Position numbers and translations under genes: made by a program
Shown here: piece after piece, positions 39,133 to 53,819 of the stretch
How positions within the stretch are numbered: position 1 is the stretch's first letter
Layout: each line of letters opens with the position of its first letter
The notes under the pieces: model-generated
Told to the model about the DNA's origin: nothing
The model's database searches: none
Seen by the model: the letters and a program-made list of their open reading frames with translations, nothing else
NCBI GenBank assembly: GCA_000182565.2
Contig: KQ257454.1
Source: Spizellomyces punctatus DAOM BR117
Lineage: Eukaryota
Length of the DNA stretch: 64,000 bases
Strand: one strand, 5' to 3'

Positions 39133-39353
39133 GGTTTCATTTAAACTTCAACATCCGCGATTTTGTTTGTACATAATTAGTCTTCTCGTTTCAATGGACA
39201 TGATCTTGTCTGTATGGCGTAGCTGTGTGATCTGATCACACGGAGTGGGTTACTGCCACTCTTTATTCTATGAGACTCTCCAGTTGTGTGAAGCGGTACG
39301 CCGGATGAAGATAAATTCAATTCTTCCAGCACCAAGCGATTTGAGACTCAGGT

Positions 39354-40284
39354 TCAGCGAATCGTCGAATACCTACACCCTCGGAATTAGAGCCTTGTGC
39401 ATACACGAGACCTGAACGACTCACATTTGATACTCGAGGGTCGAGAAAGGTGGTATGCTGTCCGGCAGCATATCCTGGCGGCTGACGGGCACATGTCACT
39501 CAATCTCATCAGACCACGTACACTGAAAACTTAATGACCTACAGATTAGGTCCGAATATTTTTAATTGTCTAATATGGGTATCTTTGCCGTTTTGAAGAT
39601 TCCCGAGGATGCACAGTTGTACAATATGTGCACGCAATGGACGCCTACCACCGCTTTAATGAGTATCTCTCCTTTTCATATTGGCAATCTGGAGATAGCT
39701 CACAATGTTTCTTCATCCTCGGATAAAGAGAAATCCACCCATCCACTGGCCTCTCCTATCTCATATCGATGCAGGTCCTGCAAGAGATCAACGTGGACAT
39801 AAGGAACAGAACAGCTTTCAGAGAGTGATTTCAGCTTCTCTCCACCTGTAGATCATAGTGGCTGTTGCCGGCTCTTATAGCAACGACGCTTGGTGTATAA
39901 CTTTCGTCTCGGCTATGGTCCACATATATAGACAGTTTCTGCCGGAAAAGAATTAAAACAAGGTGCTGCTTGATGAGTAAAAGAGACAAGGAGAGTACCG
40001 TCAACGTCATAAGTTGGGGGAACTCAAGGTTGACATAGTGTGGCTGCGGACCGTCCGATCTGCGGGGAAATTGAGAAGCATTTTGTAATTGCTTCAATCT
40101 ACAGCTCAACATCGAGTGCACAAAATTCACAGCCGTCTGCGGGACACACTCGCGTGTGCGATAAATGATTCAAATATACGCACTGCCAGTATGTATCGGT
40201 GCTTCCATCCATCATCTTCTCAGGTGGATGCTCTTCCTTGAAGCTCGACACGGAGATCCTTGCGACATTTGAAAGGTCGCGCAT
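39354..40284 (-). CDS. APC10: Anaphase-promoting complex subunit 10 (start may lie slightly further upstream)
   Basis: VSSFK, DTYWQ|SDGPQPH, DESYTPS, NLQNGKDTHIRQLKIFGP, C-terminal IR tail (YQMYSTIR*). Confidence 0.93.
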
Positions 40285-40744
40285 GTCGGATACTATTCGA
40301 GTTCAAGTGGTGCACCACAAGCAGCTGGTCGGTTGGCGAGAGTATTCCTTGTCATCATTTCCTTATCCTATACAGTGTTCATACATGCGATGTCAAACCA
40401 AAACAAATTAGGGTTAACCATAGGTGCACGTGACCCTATCAAAATAAACAAACAACCGGTGAGGAGTCGCCAATGAACGTTTTTAAGAGCCATTTCATCT
40501 TATCGAACACTATCTTTGGTTTGCTGGAAATGAGCATTTTTCAGTCCTTAAAAGCCGTCGCTCATCACTCTTGCGATTCAAAGTGATCTCAAATTACAGC
40601 TGGGGCCTTGTCTAGTTAACCATCTGCCTGGGCTCCAATGCGGTTAGATCCATTCCGGTGCGCATCATTGAACGCATCGGATGGCCAGAATGATGGAACC
40701 CTCCCTCTCGAAGTCATCACCACCCTCCGTCCCTGCAAGCAGCC

Positions 40745-41663
<919 letters not shown>

Positions 41664-41787
41664 ATCCTGGTCCATTTGTACATTCTTAATAAATTCTTGG
41701 AACTTTTGAATTGCTTTGCCGCATTCAGAGAAAGGAGGCGGTTATTCTTATTCCTACATTACAGATAGTCACAATCCAAGCTAGCTA

Positions 41788-42547
41788 TTATTGTCTTTCG
41801 CCTGCATGCGAGCCATATGATCCCGTTGGGTCTTCGAATCTGGTCGCTTGCTTGATTACAGCAATCGGAGCTGATATTGGGTTGTGTGAGGCGCAGGACT
41901 TATAATGTGATTTCGAAGTGGTCTCTCACCATGGTGTCTACCGTTCACAATCTCCGTTCCGCTTCTTCCATTTTCGCTTTGCCAGTAGCGGATTTCTCCC
42001 TCGACGGCGACTACAGCTCTGAAAAAAAAAACACATCGTATAGCATTACTGGAAGCCTCGCAAAGCCAGCTCCGCTTTATCACCGAACTCGTATTTCATG
42101 CTCACCCCTTTTTGACCCTATCATTCAAATAGGTGTTACGGACAGTTATTCTGTGCCATTGCGTGTCTTCACGGAAAGTGCCGTCATCCCTTTTGGACCG
42201 TTTATTGGTGGCCACTGTAAATCGCCAGTATCCTGAGCGGGTTGCGTTCTGCCCTTCCTTGGGTGCAAATTCTTGAAACTCGGGATCGCGGCCCACATTC
42301 CCGACAAGCATAACCTTGTTGACACCTAACGTTTCGTAGCTAATATTAACTCACAGTATAGGTTTGCATGGCAGAAGTGGCTCTTACCAGCACGAGACGC
42401 GACGCTGGTAGAGAACGACTTTTCGCACCAAGGTATCATAAGGAAGAGCATGTTACGAGTCAGTCCATGTAAACTTATCAACCAGGTCTGTTGAGGGATC
42501 TCGCGGTCCGCGATCTCCAGCGCCCACCTTAACACCGTGAGGTGCAT
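41788..42547 (-). CDS. Mitochondrial single-stranded DNA-binding protein (RIM1/SSBP1-like); start at 42451 or 42547
   Basis: Targeting-like KSFSTSVASRA, then G|VNKVMLVGNVGRDPE, FTVATN, TQWHRI, KKG|AVVAVEGEIRY. Confidence 0.88.
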
Positions 42548-43350
42548 TCCTCACCGTAAAGCGGGTTAGAAAGAGAGACATGTTTGCCTGTATTTCTCTC
42601 ACAATAAGTCAAAAATCGCAAGTAGATTGAGAAGGTGAAGGAGGGAAAACTCTTTAGAGGGTCGAACTAAATACATCCATGATAGGAACTTGACAGCTGA
42701 GACTCGAAGGGGTTGGCGAGCACCTTGAACCGGATGACTCAGGTGATCGCCGCTTACATACACAAACTAAGATACAGATTTAACATTAACTTTTGAAGTG
42801 ATACGAATAACCCAGAGACATTTTCCAATATATTAGTACCCAACAGTTCATGTCGCTTTTATAGTTGAACCTGTTTTTGTGCATACAGCATCGCCCCGGT
42901 ATGCTTTTTCAGCAAACCGAACAGCGGGTCCTGGCTTCGGTTGAGCTGGGGTTTGTGATACAGTACCTCCCTCACATACCTGGGGAACATTGACTAAAGA
43001 ATGCATTAAGGTCATGTTGAATACATTCAAATTGAGAGTTGGCAATTAATGATTACACATGGGTTTCGCGAACGGAGAGCCAGGGCCTGGCAACCCACCC
43101 CAATGGCAAGGTGCACCACATACAACTATTTCTAAAAGTAACCATTTGCCTAGATAAATCATGATATCGTTTGCACCGTGTACACCACAGCACCCCTGCC
43201 CGTAGAAAGCGCCTTCTAACAAGCTACATAGCCCTGGTAGTATTTCTAAATAGAAGAGTCACGCAGTGATGATGCTTGTGCTATTGTTGAAGTCTGCTGG
43301 ACTTCGTCAAATCAGGACTTTCTCAAGCATCCATCACCACATTAACCATT

Positions 43351-43836
43351 TTAGATGTCTTTATAGGTCTCCTTCTCGATCTTCGTCCTGTTTCAAAACA
43401 GTTAAAGCACACACCACCACTGCTCCAACAACAGATTCACATACCTATTCTGCAGATCGAATGCAATCTGCACCTGTTTCTTCACATGGCGCATGTAAGT
43501 TCGCCACTCCTTTTCCTTCCTCTTTCTCCGCCGTTTATCTGTATTCCGCTCAAATCTCTCCTGAGATCTCACCAGCTCATTCAAGCGTGATTCTTGTATG
43601 ATGTCACGAAGCTTGAAATACGCTTGTGTAGGATTTGCAGCGGTGACCCGCACAGATCGACCCTGTCCAGTACTATGGTTGAGGGTGTCAAAGGTATGTC
43701 GACGGTATGATCGGTTTTGTTCCGCTTGATTACTCAAGGTAAGAGTAGCCAATCGATGCAAAGGTGCGTTGAAAGTACTGTTAAGGAGAGGGAACCGTGG
43801 AAAGAGGCGGACTGCCTGCATTTTGTCAAAGGCCAT
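43351..43836 (-). CDS. Mitochondrial ribosomal protein bS21m (MRP21-like)
   Basis: N-terminal presequence-like region; GRSVRV...AYFKLRDII...VRSQERFERNTDKRRRKRKE.WR. Confidence 0.8.
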
Positions 43837-44171
43837 TCAATTTGGAGGTGAACGCATTGCACCATGTTTCCTCACCTTCAGCTTCGGACTGTTGCCATGG
43901 TATGTTTGTGTAACCTAACATGTGCTTACTCATCAAGGTCAACGCTATAGACTTGGCCTATTTGCATGGTCATCTTTAGTCCCAAAGGCAGTCCTTTTTG
44001 GCGTTCAAGGTGGGCCTATAATAGGGTTATTTCCTGTTTTCAATCTAGTCTACAAGTTCACATACCAATGTCCACTTGCGCGACAACCCACGTGTTCAGT
44101 GCGGATTGAAGATTTCATTATAGGAGGGAGGTTTTTGTCGACCTATTCTGTGGCCCGCAGAAATCGGCACG

Positions 44172-47100
44172 ATGTTTGGGGGCGGGAAAGCCCGATCACC
44201 TAGAAAAGCTGGACGGCCACTGTCCATAGTGCGAGCTGGACCGGCGTACTCAGGCGACGCGCAGGACAATGGCGATCCTTCGGAGCCAAACACGCTTCCG
44301 AAACTTGTCATAGACGTGCACAATGAGATAAACGTTGGATGGGATTTTATGACGTCGTCTGACGTGAGTTTTCCTTTGCAAGACCAGATGAAGCTCATTG
44401 GCAGTCAACTCTTTTGGGCTACCCTAACTGGACCCGTTCACAGTTTAATCCCGTACCACATGCCCTATCTCTTCTCGATGAAAGTTCATTGGGACGAGAT
44501 TATAATGCATTTTGTGAAGCCTATGACAAGTTGGAACGGGCCATGGATCTTATAGTTAACGGTAGGAAGATCTCTTCATGCCCTGCGATTGCATAGGAAT
44601 TCTAACGCCACGGTTTTCCGCGCAGAGTATCATCAGGCATTTAACACAGCAATTCAAACCTTCAGCAGTGTGGTGGAGAATATTACAGGTGCTGGTTCTC
44701 TTAACGCGCGATCCATTTGTAAAAATGTTGCTCATCGATGACGGCGCCATAGATTCTCAGCGCCGTGTTCGTGATACGCGAAAAAATCTTCAGAACAGCA
44801 AGGAGTGGCTTCAATGTAAACGATTTGACTTGTTGCACCTATGGTTGAAGAGTATTCAATATAAAGAGATCAATCGTATCTTGGACACAATGTGCGTTGT
44901 TGCTCAGATCGCTAGCACTCGCGGTTGTCTTGGTAGCTGACAATCGGCTTTGGTAGCGAGGAATTGCAAAATATGCCAGACAGATTGGACGCTCTTGTTC
45001 AGGGAAAGTACTATCTCACCGCTGTGCGACTTCTGGTATCGGCGACACGAACGGTTGAAGAGGGAGAATGCTCGGAAATTGGCGCTCTGGAGGCTGTTAA
45101 GCAGCGATTACAAGAGATGCGCGGGGTCAGTAATGCTGTCAAGTTTGTGCCATACAGATCTCGCGATTGTTAACTTTTGTGTCTTATGTCTGGAAATAGA
45201 CAATACATGAGACATTGATTGAAGAGCTCCATAATCATCTTTACTTGAAGAGTGCCTTCAGCTTATATCGGTTAGATTCAGGTATCAACGCAGCGCATTC
45301 TCCGTTTGCTATATTGTCAACTGATACGTGTACATGGACGTCGTCTGCGTTGTTTGCTACTAAGTGGATCATTATACCTTGCGCAAGCAAACCACGTATG
45401 TGCCTTTTACGACACAATTGTCTGCTGCATCCATTAATACATCATGACACAGTGTCAAATTTATACATGGACGCCATTCAACAAAGGGAAATGAGGGTGG
45501 GATATTACACGACAGAGGTAGACGGCATGTTCCGACTAAGCCAGGTATTAGCATCTGCTCGCCAATGAATAGATTGATGTACCAATAACTTTCAGCCATC
45601 AGGTCACGACCCCTTACAAGAAAAATTGGCCAAATTAAGGGAAGATGCAGATAGTGGTCAAGAGGTAGGAGCCAAACGGTTTTGTGCGGCAGTGTCTATC
45701 ACTAAGTCGACCGATAGATTACCGAAGATTTGGAAACCAATCCGGAAACCGACTCTTATCATTATATGTTATGCTTGATTGAAAGTCTAGCCCTCTTAGG
45801 TCGCCTGCGTCCAGCCATGGAGGTACGTGACTGACATTGGTCTGCCCGTGGATCAAAGATTAAAGAGAGATACATAGGTTATCCGCGAGAGACTACCCGT
45901 AGAACTCTACTACGTAGTGGAACGAACAGTGCAGGAAGTTGACCATCGGTACTTAATAGCAACTTAACATGATGTTTTGCGAATTCATTAAAAGACCTTA
46001 TATGCTCATCATAGCTATGGAAAGCTTGGGTCGTCGGTCGAAGAAACGTTGCGAGGCGGGATAGATAGCCAAGGTCCAAACCTGCTTGGCACCGATGCTC
46101 GAAAAGCCGAGATTCGTGTTTTGCTCGAATTTTTATGGGAGCTTTTTCGGAAATTCGAGGCTATCATACATGGGCATACATTCCTTCAGGCCATAGTTCA
46201 GGAACTGACTAAGGTTGGCGTCTCATGGCTTCTTGGAAGCGGCAACTCACTTCTAACGATTTATGCTCGCTAGCGTCAATCAGGCATTAAGCTCGATGGG
46301 TGTACGTGAACTATCTGTCTGATTTTCGTATCTCACAGTTGCTGATGACTCTCGCCAGTATATACCATTAGAGATGTGTGGTTCACTGCACAGAACGAAC
46401 TTAAAGCTCTGCTTTATGAATATGTCCGAAATCCGGAAAGGAAAACTTCGGAGCCTGGAGTTGTCGTGTCACTGAACGACATCCTGAAAGACAGACGACG
46501 AGCAAAGCTACGAACTGATTCGCGAGTGAGTGTGCAACGCTGCTAGTTTAAAGCCGTCATTGATGAGATTCTCACACTTGGACGCAGCCGCTGTTTCGCA
46601 TTATCGGTGCCGACAACAAGGATATGAAGACCGCGTATAAAGGCATCAACCCAGAGGCTGAGGAGACGGCTGAAAATGTTGTAGCGAATGTACGCCAGCT
46701 GGTAGACGGGCAAGATCCCGAAGACAGCGAGGATGGAGCAGCAGTAGGAGTGGTAGACACGTACGCATCAAACACAGTTGTCGCTGGGCATCGACTTCTG
46801 ATTACACCGGATCCCTATAATATTCTGGTCGTATTCGGACCGACTACCGGTTTCGTGCAGCGTATGGAAAGCATGCTCAACGTAAGGTACGCCAAAAGAG
46901 CGCGACGCTAATTTAATTATGGATGCGAATCTTGACGTAAGCCATCTGCAGGTTCGGGAATCTAAGGATTTTCCTGGATGAGTTTGTTATCAACATGTTT
47001 TTGCCGCAAATGGAAAATCGTGTGTCAAGCTACTTTCACAACTATGTCAATGGTGAGAATAGCAATTGGTATTCGATGAGCCCATACACTCTTGGCTAAA

Positions 47101-49001
47101 CATATCCATAAAGGAATGGATGCGTTTCACACAGATTTCCACGTTGAGCTATCTTCATTCCCTCTGACCAAGGTAACTTTGCCCCACTTGTATGCCTTCG
47201 CCATCAGCTAATCCGCATTCAATGCTAGAGTGCCACCGCGTTGGTCGTTCTGATTGAAGGAATATGTAGAACACTTCCTTCCATTCCCATTCATCAGGAT
47301 GAAGCGATCAGAATGATAGAAATGGTGCTACGAAGCTACACAGACAAGTGCTCCTCCCGCTTCAATGGTAAACTGAATTTCTTGGTCAGTCGCGCCTACG
47401 CAGTATGATTTATCCATGTGCAGCCTTGATATCCAGCAACCAGCCAGGGGCAGATGGAGGTTATAGCAGCATTGTCAGCGCTTCGTGGGTCAGAGAGCCG
47501 GAGGTGGTAGAAATCCTATCGCAGCACACCCTTTTCCGAAGCGATGGCATGGTATAGCGTCCTGGCAGACTAACTTTGCGACATTGTAAGATAACAGCTT
47601 CCTTTTAGGAAATCGAGTCACCGGTTGACCAAACGTTGTCACAAAAGGTGGGTCCTATTACATGAACGGAAAATTTTCTCACTGCGAAGCCAACAACTTG
47701 TCCATTCCAGGAAACGTTTCTGGAGATGAAGCTGAAGAAGGAAAGATCTTTCCATCGGAGCGAACTGATTATGGAACTGCGTACTTTGCAGGCGATCGCG
47801 AGCCTGCATCACAGTATTGTGAGTATCCTGCGGCGCCGCATATGCTGACCTTTATTGACCGGATTGCTTTATTGTCGTAGGAATGGTTCATAAGTCAAGT
47901 ATCAAGACTGTTCGTTACAGATACGGCAAAAATGCGGGTTGCTCCATTTTTGAGCCAAGTGAAGACGAGGAAAGGTTCCAGTGAAAGCTTGGTGCGTATA
48001 TCACCTCAATTATTGAAAATAGATGATGACTGACTATTTGAACAGGACTCATATTTCAAACTCTCATCAGAGAGTTTACCTGACCTACGCGTTGAACATG
48101 AAGAGAATCTTCAACTATGGCTGACCCCTGAGATGGCACAGTAAGTTGCACTCATCCTTGGTTGACTCATAACAAAGGTTCTCAACGTGTGTCAGGAAAT
48201 TCCAGGCCGTTGTGTCGGACCTCCAGCGTCTATCGGATCTTTGTCTTTTTGTGTTACGGGTGGAGCTACGCTGTCATTCCATGTATTACCTGGACCTTGC
48301 AATGCGAGAGGTTAGAAGTCACTCTTGGGATGGTGTTCCTCGATTTTGTAAGGACTCACCTTTAGTTACATAGGGTTCCTATTACCTCGAAGACGACACT
48401 CTTGAACCAGATCCTTACATTGGCCTTCTAAATTTGGATCTGTCCACAATTGAAGAAGCGATCAGTGCAGTATTACACCCTCGTAGGACAAGGTACAGTC
48501 ATTTGTATTTTGTTCGTCCCGCGGGATGTACTCAATCGCGGATGATTGCAGGTTCATCTTTGATGGCTTGGCTTATCTCATAGCACATACTCTGTGCTCC
48601 AATCTGCGATATATAAGAAGGGTTAACCGCCATGGAGTGTCGAAGCTCGTGCGCAATGTCCAATCCCTCCAACAGAATCTGACGAATGTGACATCGGTAA
48701 ATTTCAGAAGCCTTGACCGAGCTAAACAATACTTTGAGCTTTTAAACCTCAATGGAGAGGTAACTATCATCTTCCAACGGCATGTTGTTTGTATATGGCC
48801 GAGCGGTACTTGATACCTTTACGTTCACAGAGCCTGCTTGATTATGTCGCGCAAAATCAAGGACAATTCACCTTTGATGAGTACAAAGTGGTGCTGGACA
48901 TCATCTTTTACGACGCACTGGCAGGAGACAACACGGTTCAACGTAAAACTTACAACGACTGTTTACAAAAGTTGAAGGAATGGTTCGTTAAACATCGGTA
49001 G
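44172..49001 (+). CDS. SEC8: Exocyst complex component Sec8/EXOC4, highly multi-exon
   Basis: WDFMTSSD|FNPVPHALSLLDESSLG, EYHQAFNTAIQTFS, LIEELHNHLYLKS, PETDSYHY, LRVELRCHSMYYLD, EPDPYI, RNVQSLQQNL, FTFDEYK. Confidence 0.93.
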
Positions 49002-49063
49002 TTCATGGAGTTGCTACCCTAGGGTGCGGGGGAGATGCTATACTATTGTATTTAAATAGATGT

Positions 49064-50760
49064 TCAATATCTACAGTGTCCCAGCCATCGTGGTACTAAA
49101 ATCAGGTCTCGTATGTTCGCCATGCCCGTGATATATGCTAGGTACCTCTCGAATCCGAGCCCGAACCCACCGTGAGGTACTGACCCGAATCGCCTCAGAT
49201 CTAAATACCATCCGTATTCCTCTACATCTAGACCAGCATGTCTCATGCTCTGTTCCAAAATATCCGGGTTATCTTCCCTTAGGCTTCCACCTACCAATTC
49301 GCCGATCTTCGGAACTAGCAGGTCCACACAAGCGACTGTCTCCTGCGTGTCTGCAGATCTTTCACCAATAGCCGACACCCGCATGTAAAATGGCTTGACA
49401 CACTTTGGGTAGTCTGTAACAAAGACAGGCCCTTTGATGTGCTCTTCCGCCAAATAGCGCTCGTGTTCGCTCTGCAGAGCCAACCCCCACTGGACAGGAT
49501 ATTCCCATGCGCGATTCACCTTTGAAAGAATCTCAACCGCCTCACCGTATGTTATCCGCGCAAACGGTTGACTTGACGTCAAGCCTGCAAGTCGGCTTGG
49601 TAGCTCCTTATCCACCCACTTTGAACAGAAGGCTATATCTTCCTCGCTGTGCTCCAATACGAAAGCAGTGGTCTCTCTTATGCATGCTTCAATAAAATCA
49701 AGCAGTTCCCCAATTTGCGTGATGAAAGCCATTTCTGCCTCCAACATCCAAAACTCTGCTAGATGGCGACTTGAAAGGGAAGGTTCTGCGCGGAAAGTGG
49801 GGCCAAGGGTATACACTCGGGACATTGCTGAAGCCAACATCTCTGCATGCAGTTGTCCTGACACCGTTAAATATACAGCATGGTTAAAAAATTCGGATGG
49901 TCCAGGAGCCACCTGTTCTCTACTGGGCATGGGCAATGACTTTTCAAATGGGCTAGAGTCGTGAGCTTGTCGTTCTTTGATATACGCTTTCAGAGACTCG
50001 TTGCTCACTACGCGAAACACCTCGCCCGCCCCTTCACAATCATTGGACGTCAGAATTGGGGTATGAGCTTGCACGAATCGGTGAGACTTGTGTTCGACCA
50101 CATTAGCAGTGGACCCCTTCGAAGCGCCACGGCACTGGATGAACCTACTTGAAAGAAGTGCTGTAGACCCAATATTGCAGTGTTTCGTATCCTCCATATC
50201 GCTCCAAAAGTTTTACTCCGCGACCGAAAATGCCCATGCTCTCGCAAGTAGTCAAAAGATACTCTCGCTTTGTGGAGAGGATACACCTGCATTGACAATT
50301 TAGTTTGGATCCGCAATGAATGAGGATATGACATACCTCCGGATTTGCTAAACCGTAAACTCTACAATCTGACACTTTCAACTCTTTGCTCTGCTCTTTT
50401 CCTGGACTCAACACGAGCTGACCTGTCAAGCAAACACTAGCACCTGTATGCAAGCTAACTAACTGCCGTTTAGTGAATTATCCACCTGTTAACTCTCCAA
50501 TTATCCACGTACTCTTTAGCCATTTCCGGCTTTAATACAGCTTGAAGTCCCCTCCCTGTCGATCCGTCATTGATCTCCACGAAGGCCAGGTTCTTTTGCA
50601 AACGGACTGAACGCACCCATCCATTAGCGCTTGCGGTCGAGTTCACTGGCTTTTTTAAGATATCCACAATAGTATCATTTGGAAACTTGTATTTCGATGT
50701 TGATATCTTTCTGAATTGGCGACAAAAGGCCGACTGATCAAGGCATCGTCGTCCTAACAT
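49064..50760 (-). CDS. NARS2: Mitochondrial asparaginyl-tRNA synthetase
   Basis: Presequence; GWVRSVR...INDGS, TPILTSNDCEGAGEVF, YLTVSGQLH.E, GPTFRAE...RHLAEFWMLEAE, LQSEHERYL, KPFYM, GGFGLGFER. Confidence 0.93.
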
Positions 50761-50882
50761 TTCTGTTGAACTCCAATGGGTAAGGATAGATCAAAAGGAC
50801 ACCAATATGTGTCACGTGCCCGTGAATTGTTTTTGTCCAAAGGCTCTTCCCGTTCAAAACTTTTGTTATCCGTTTGCAAAAC

Positions 50883-51955
50883 ATGGCAAAGCAGAAGAAG
50901 ACAACAAAGGTCGGCCCGCAACCAGCAGCATCTGCGAGTCCTCAACTTGGTCTCGCATCACCGAGCAATAAGTCCCAACCAGAACCGTCCCCTGCACCTT
51001 TAACTGAGTTTGCTCAATTTCGCGTTCTTCCTATCACTGTCCGACCCCTCTCCGTCTCCGACGAACATCTTTCCTCCTTTAGCTACCATGCCAAGACGAC
51101 CACTACGAGCCGCTCGGTGATGCATTATCTATTTATCCGCGCCCATGAATCCAAGAAACCAGAAGCAAATCTGCCAAATGGTCGAACGCTTTTTGTCGTG
51201 AACATACCTGTTGATGCAACTGAAAGACACTTTAGACGTCTGTTCAGACGATGCGGTAATATTGAGCGAGTAGTATTGAAAGACCGGCATTCTGGGATGC
51301 AAGAGCGAGTACTGGAAACGGGAGCTCAAGCTCATATTGTGTTTGTAGAGGAAGCCGCCGTAACTAAGGCTATGGCGATGAAATCTAGAAAAAGAGTATG
51401 GTCGGATGAATTAGAGGAGGGAAATGACGCAGAAGGGGATGCGCAGGAAGGGGAGTCATGCACAGCAACGTCGCTGCCACGACCTGTCGGCTTGGCAAAA
51501 TGGCTAAAACAGCATTTCGCTAGTCGACCACGATTAGAAGATTTGCAGAGAGCAGTTGACACGTCACTGGTAGCATTCGAAGATGCGGAACGGGAAGCAC
51601 GCATAGCTGCGGAAGGCCGACGCAACGTGCCAGATGAGGACGGCTTTGTAACCGTGATTCGCGGTCGCGGACGTCGTAATGTTAATTTGGACGGACAGGG
51701 TGCCTCTGTTACTGCAGCTCGACCGGAAGAAATCAAGAAGCTGAAGCCTAAAAAGAAAGAGCTGGTGGACTTTTATAGATTTCAGATGCGAGAGACAAAG
51801 CGAAACCGTGAGTCATCTACCCTTTTTGCATTTCATGAGACGTCCCGTTCTCATAGATCACTTTTTCAGAACTTGCTGAACTTCGTCGAAAATTTGAAGA
51901 GGATAAGCTGCGTATTGCATCTTTGAAGGCAAACAGGCGGTTTAAACCATACTAG
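50883..51955 (+). CDS. RRP7: Ribosomal RNA-processing protein 7
   Basis: HYLFIRAH, RTLFVVNIPVDATE, PDEDGFVTV, KKKELVDFYRFQMRE, spliced end LRRKFEEDK...RRFKPY*. Confidence 0.93.
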
Positions 51956-52287
51956 GGTCGTATTAGAGCAGTGGATCGAGTGATCGTTACAGTTGCAACA
52001 CCTCTATCATTCTCCTTCCCGTCGCCATCTTAACGCGATTGTTTCGTGATTCTTGGACGCTGAATGTGATCGTGATTGTGAGCATTGTATTATATAATTC
52101 TGCTTATGAAGGCAATATCATCAATGTGTCTGCATAGGGGGGCAGATTCTATGCTTGCTGTGCGCAGATATGCAGACCAGGAGATGATTCAAGTCTTGAG
52201 AGTTTAATATAACCACATTTGGTTATATTGCGTATGATTTCGTAGACTGTAAATACTGGAGTTTTTAGCACATTAAAGAGATCAAAC

Positions 52288-53609
52288 ATGGTACCTCCCA
52301 AGAAACGTCAGTATCGCAAGCGGTCAGTGGACCAGGACCCTTCAAACCCGCCCCAAGAAGATCCTGACCCCACAGAATTGGAAGAGAAGGCAGAGGATGT
52401 GAGGTGAGCATAACGTTTCCTCTGATCCTTTCTGAAATGTATTCACAGAATGGTATACAGCGCGGTTGTACAAGAAGCTCTGGAATTGAGGCGATTTCGC
52501 CGTCGTGCCGCTGGTTTGGATACAGCTGATCTGAGCCGTGGGGACAAGAGGAAGAAGAAGGAGAAACCTGTGAATGATGACCCATGGAAACTAAAAACGG
52601 GGGGCGGAATCATTAATATCGATGATGTTCGCGGTCGAAATTTTGGTGAGGACGGGCGAGGCGGGGGTGGCGGCGGAAGTTTCGCAACTGCCAGCAATGT
52701 CATGGATACGGACCGACATATGTATGGGCCAGGGACTTGTGTCATTCACAGATGAAATCTCTTTCACTCATTCATAAACCTATAGGAGAGAATACATTGA
52801 ACAAGAACTCCGCAAGCGGCGAGGTGCGTCATCATCAGAGGCAGGTGGTGCCGAGCGAACTGGTGAGAATGGAGCACCAAAAGATATACAGGATGAGCTG
52901 TTCGAGGTGCCGGAACATTTGAAGGTGAGTCGGCCCCGGTGCTCTCATAACGGAATTGGGTAGTAATGGCGTCTACATTACTTCCCTCTGTGATACAGAC
53001 TGTCGAGAAACCCGTTAGCGAGGGGAACGTGACACTGTCGACTTCAATGCTCACCGCAATTCCAGAGATCGATCTAGGAATAAAGTAAGCCATGCATGTA
53101 GAGAATCTCAAGCGTACGGATATTCCTGAATTTGAAACACTTGCAGCACAAAACTGAAAAACATCGAGGCGACTGAGAGAGCCAAACGACAACTCATTGA
53201 ACGTACCGCAGACATTGCATCAGAGAGATCGAAATCTGATTCTCCAATACCCGGGAATGAATTTGCTGGGGCCAATATGGTTGCATCTGACCGATGTGAG
53301 TCTGTACACATTGAGCGCATCACACCTATACTTTTTTTAAGCCAGTTTGTTGTGTCTGTTAAGGGCAACGCTTTCCGTATCGACGAGATGATCGTGATCA
53401 GGAGGCAAAAACTGCGGCACAAGGAAATATGGAGAGATCAGGAGGAACACGCAAAGGCGATGCAGAGAAGAAGTTGGACCGAAGGACAATGGCAACAGGT
53501 ACCTATCGCATCTCCGCTTGTTGAATAATGTACTCCGTTACCAATGCATGTGCTCTCTGCAGATGAAGTGGTCATGGAACGATTTAAGAAGCGTATGCGA
53601 AGAGGGTGA
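52288..53609 (+). CDS. Splicing factor C9orf78/Tls1 (HCA59 family)
   Basis: DPWKLKTGG, FATASNVMDTDRHM, YIEQEL, LSTSMLTAIPEIDLGI, KLKNIEATERAK, ATDEVVMERFKKR. Confidence 0.88.
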
Positions 53610-53819
53610 TTTTGTGATAGCGAAGAATAATGTATCATAGATATTCACTATTTATACTGAGTGAGATGTAAATAGAGTACTGTTTGAGGGAAAGAGTTGG
53701 TGTTCAACCATTGAAAACGCAGGGTATGTATGAATAACGGAAGTTTAAACTAGTACATCCAAAAACTCAAAATGGCTTCACATCACGTCACGTGATCATA
53801 ACTGAACGCCGTGACATCC

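Noticed and set aside
42860-43300. Possible spliced minus-strand ORF (…LLEGAFYGQGCC|VVCGAPCHWGG…|YVREVLYHKPQL…) between bS21m and mtSSB
   Set aside because: It needs weak donor sites, I found no in-frame start, and it matches no recognisable family, so it cannot be supported without RNA data.
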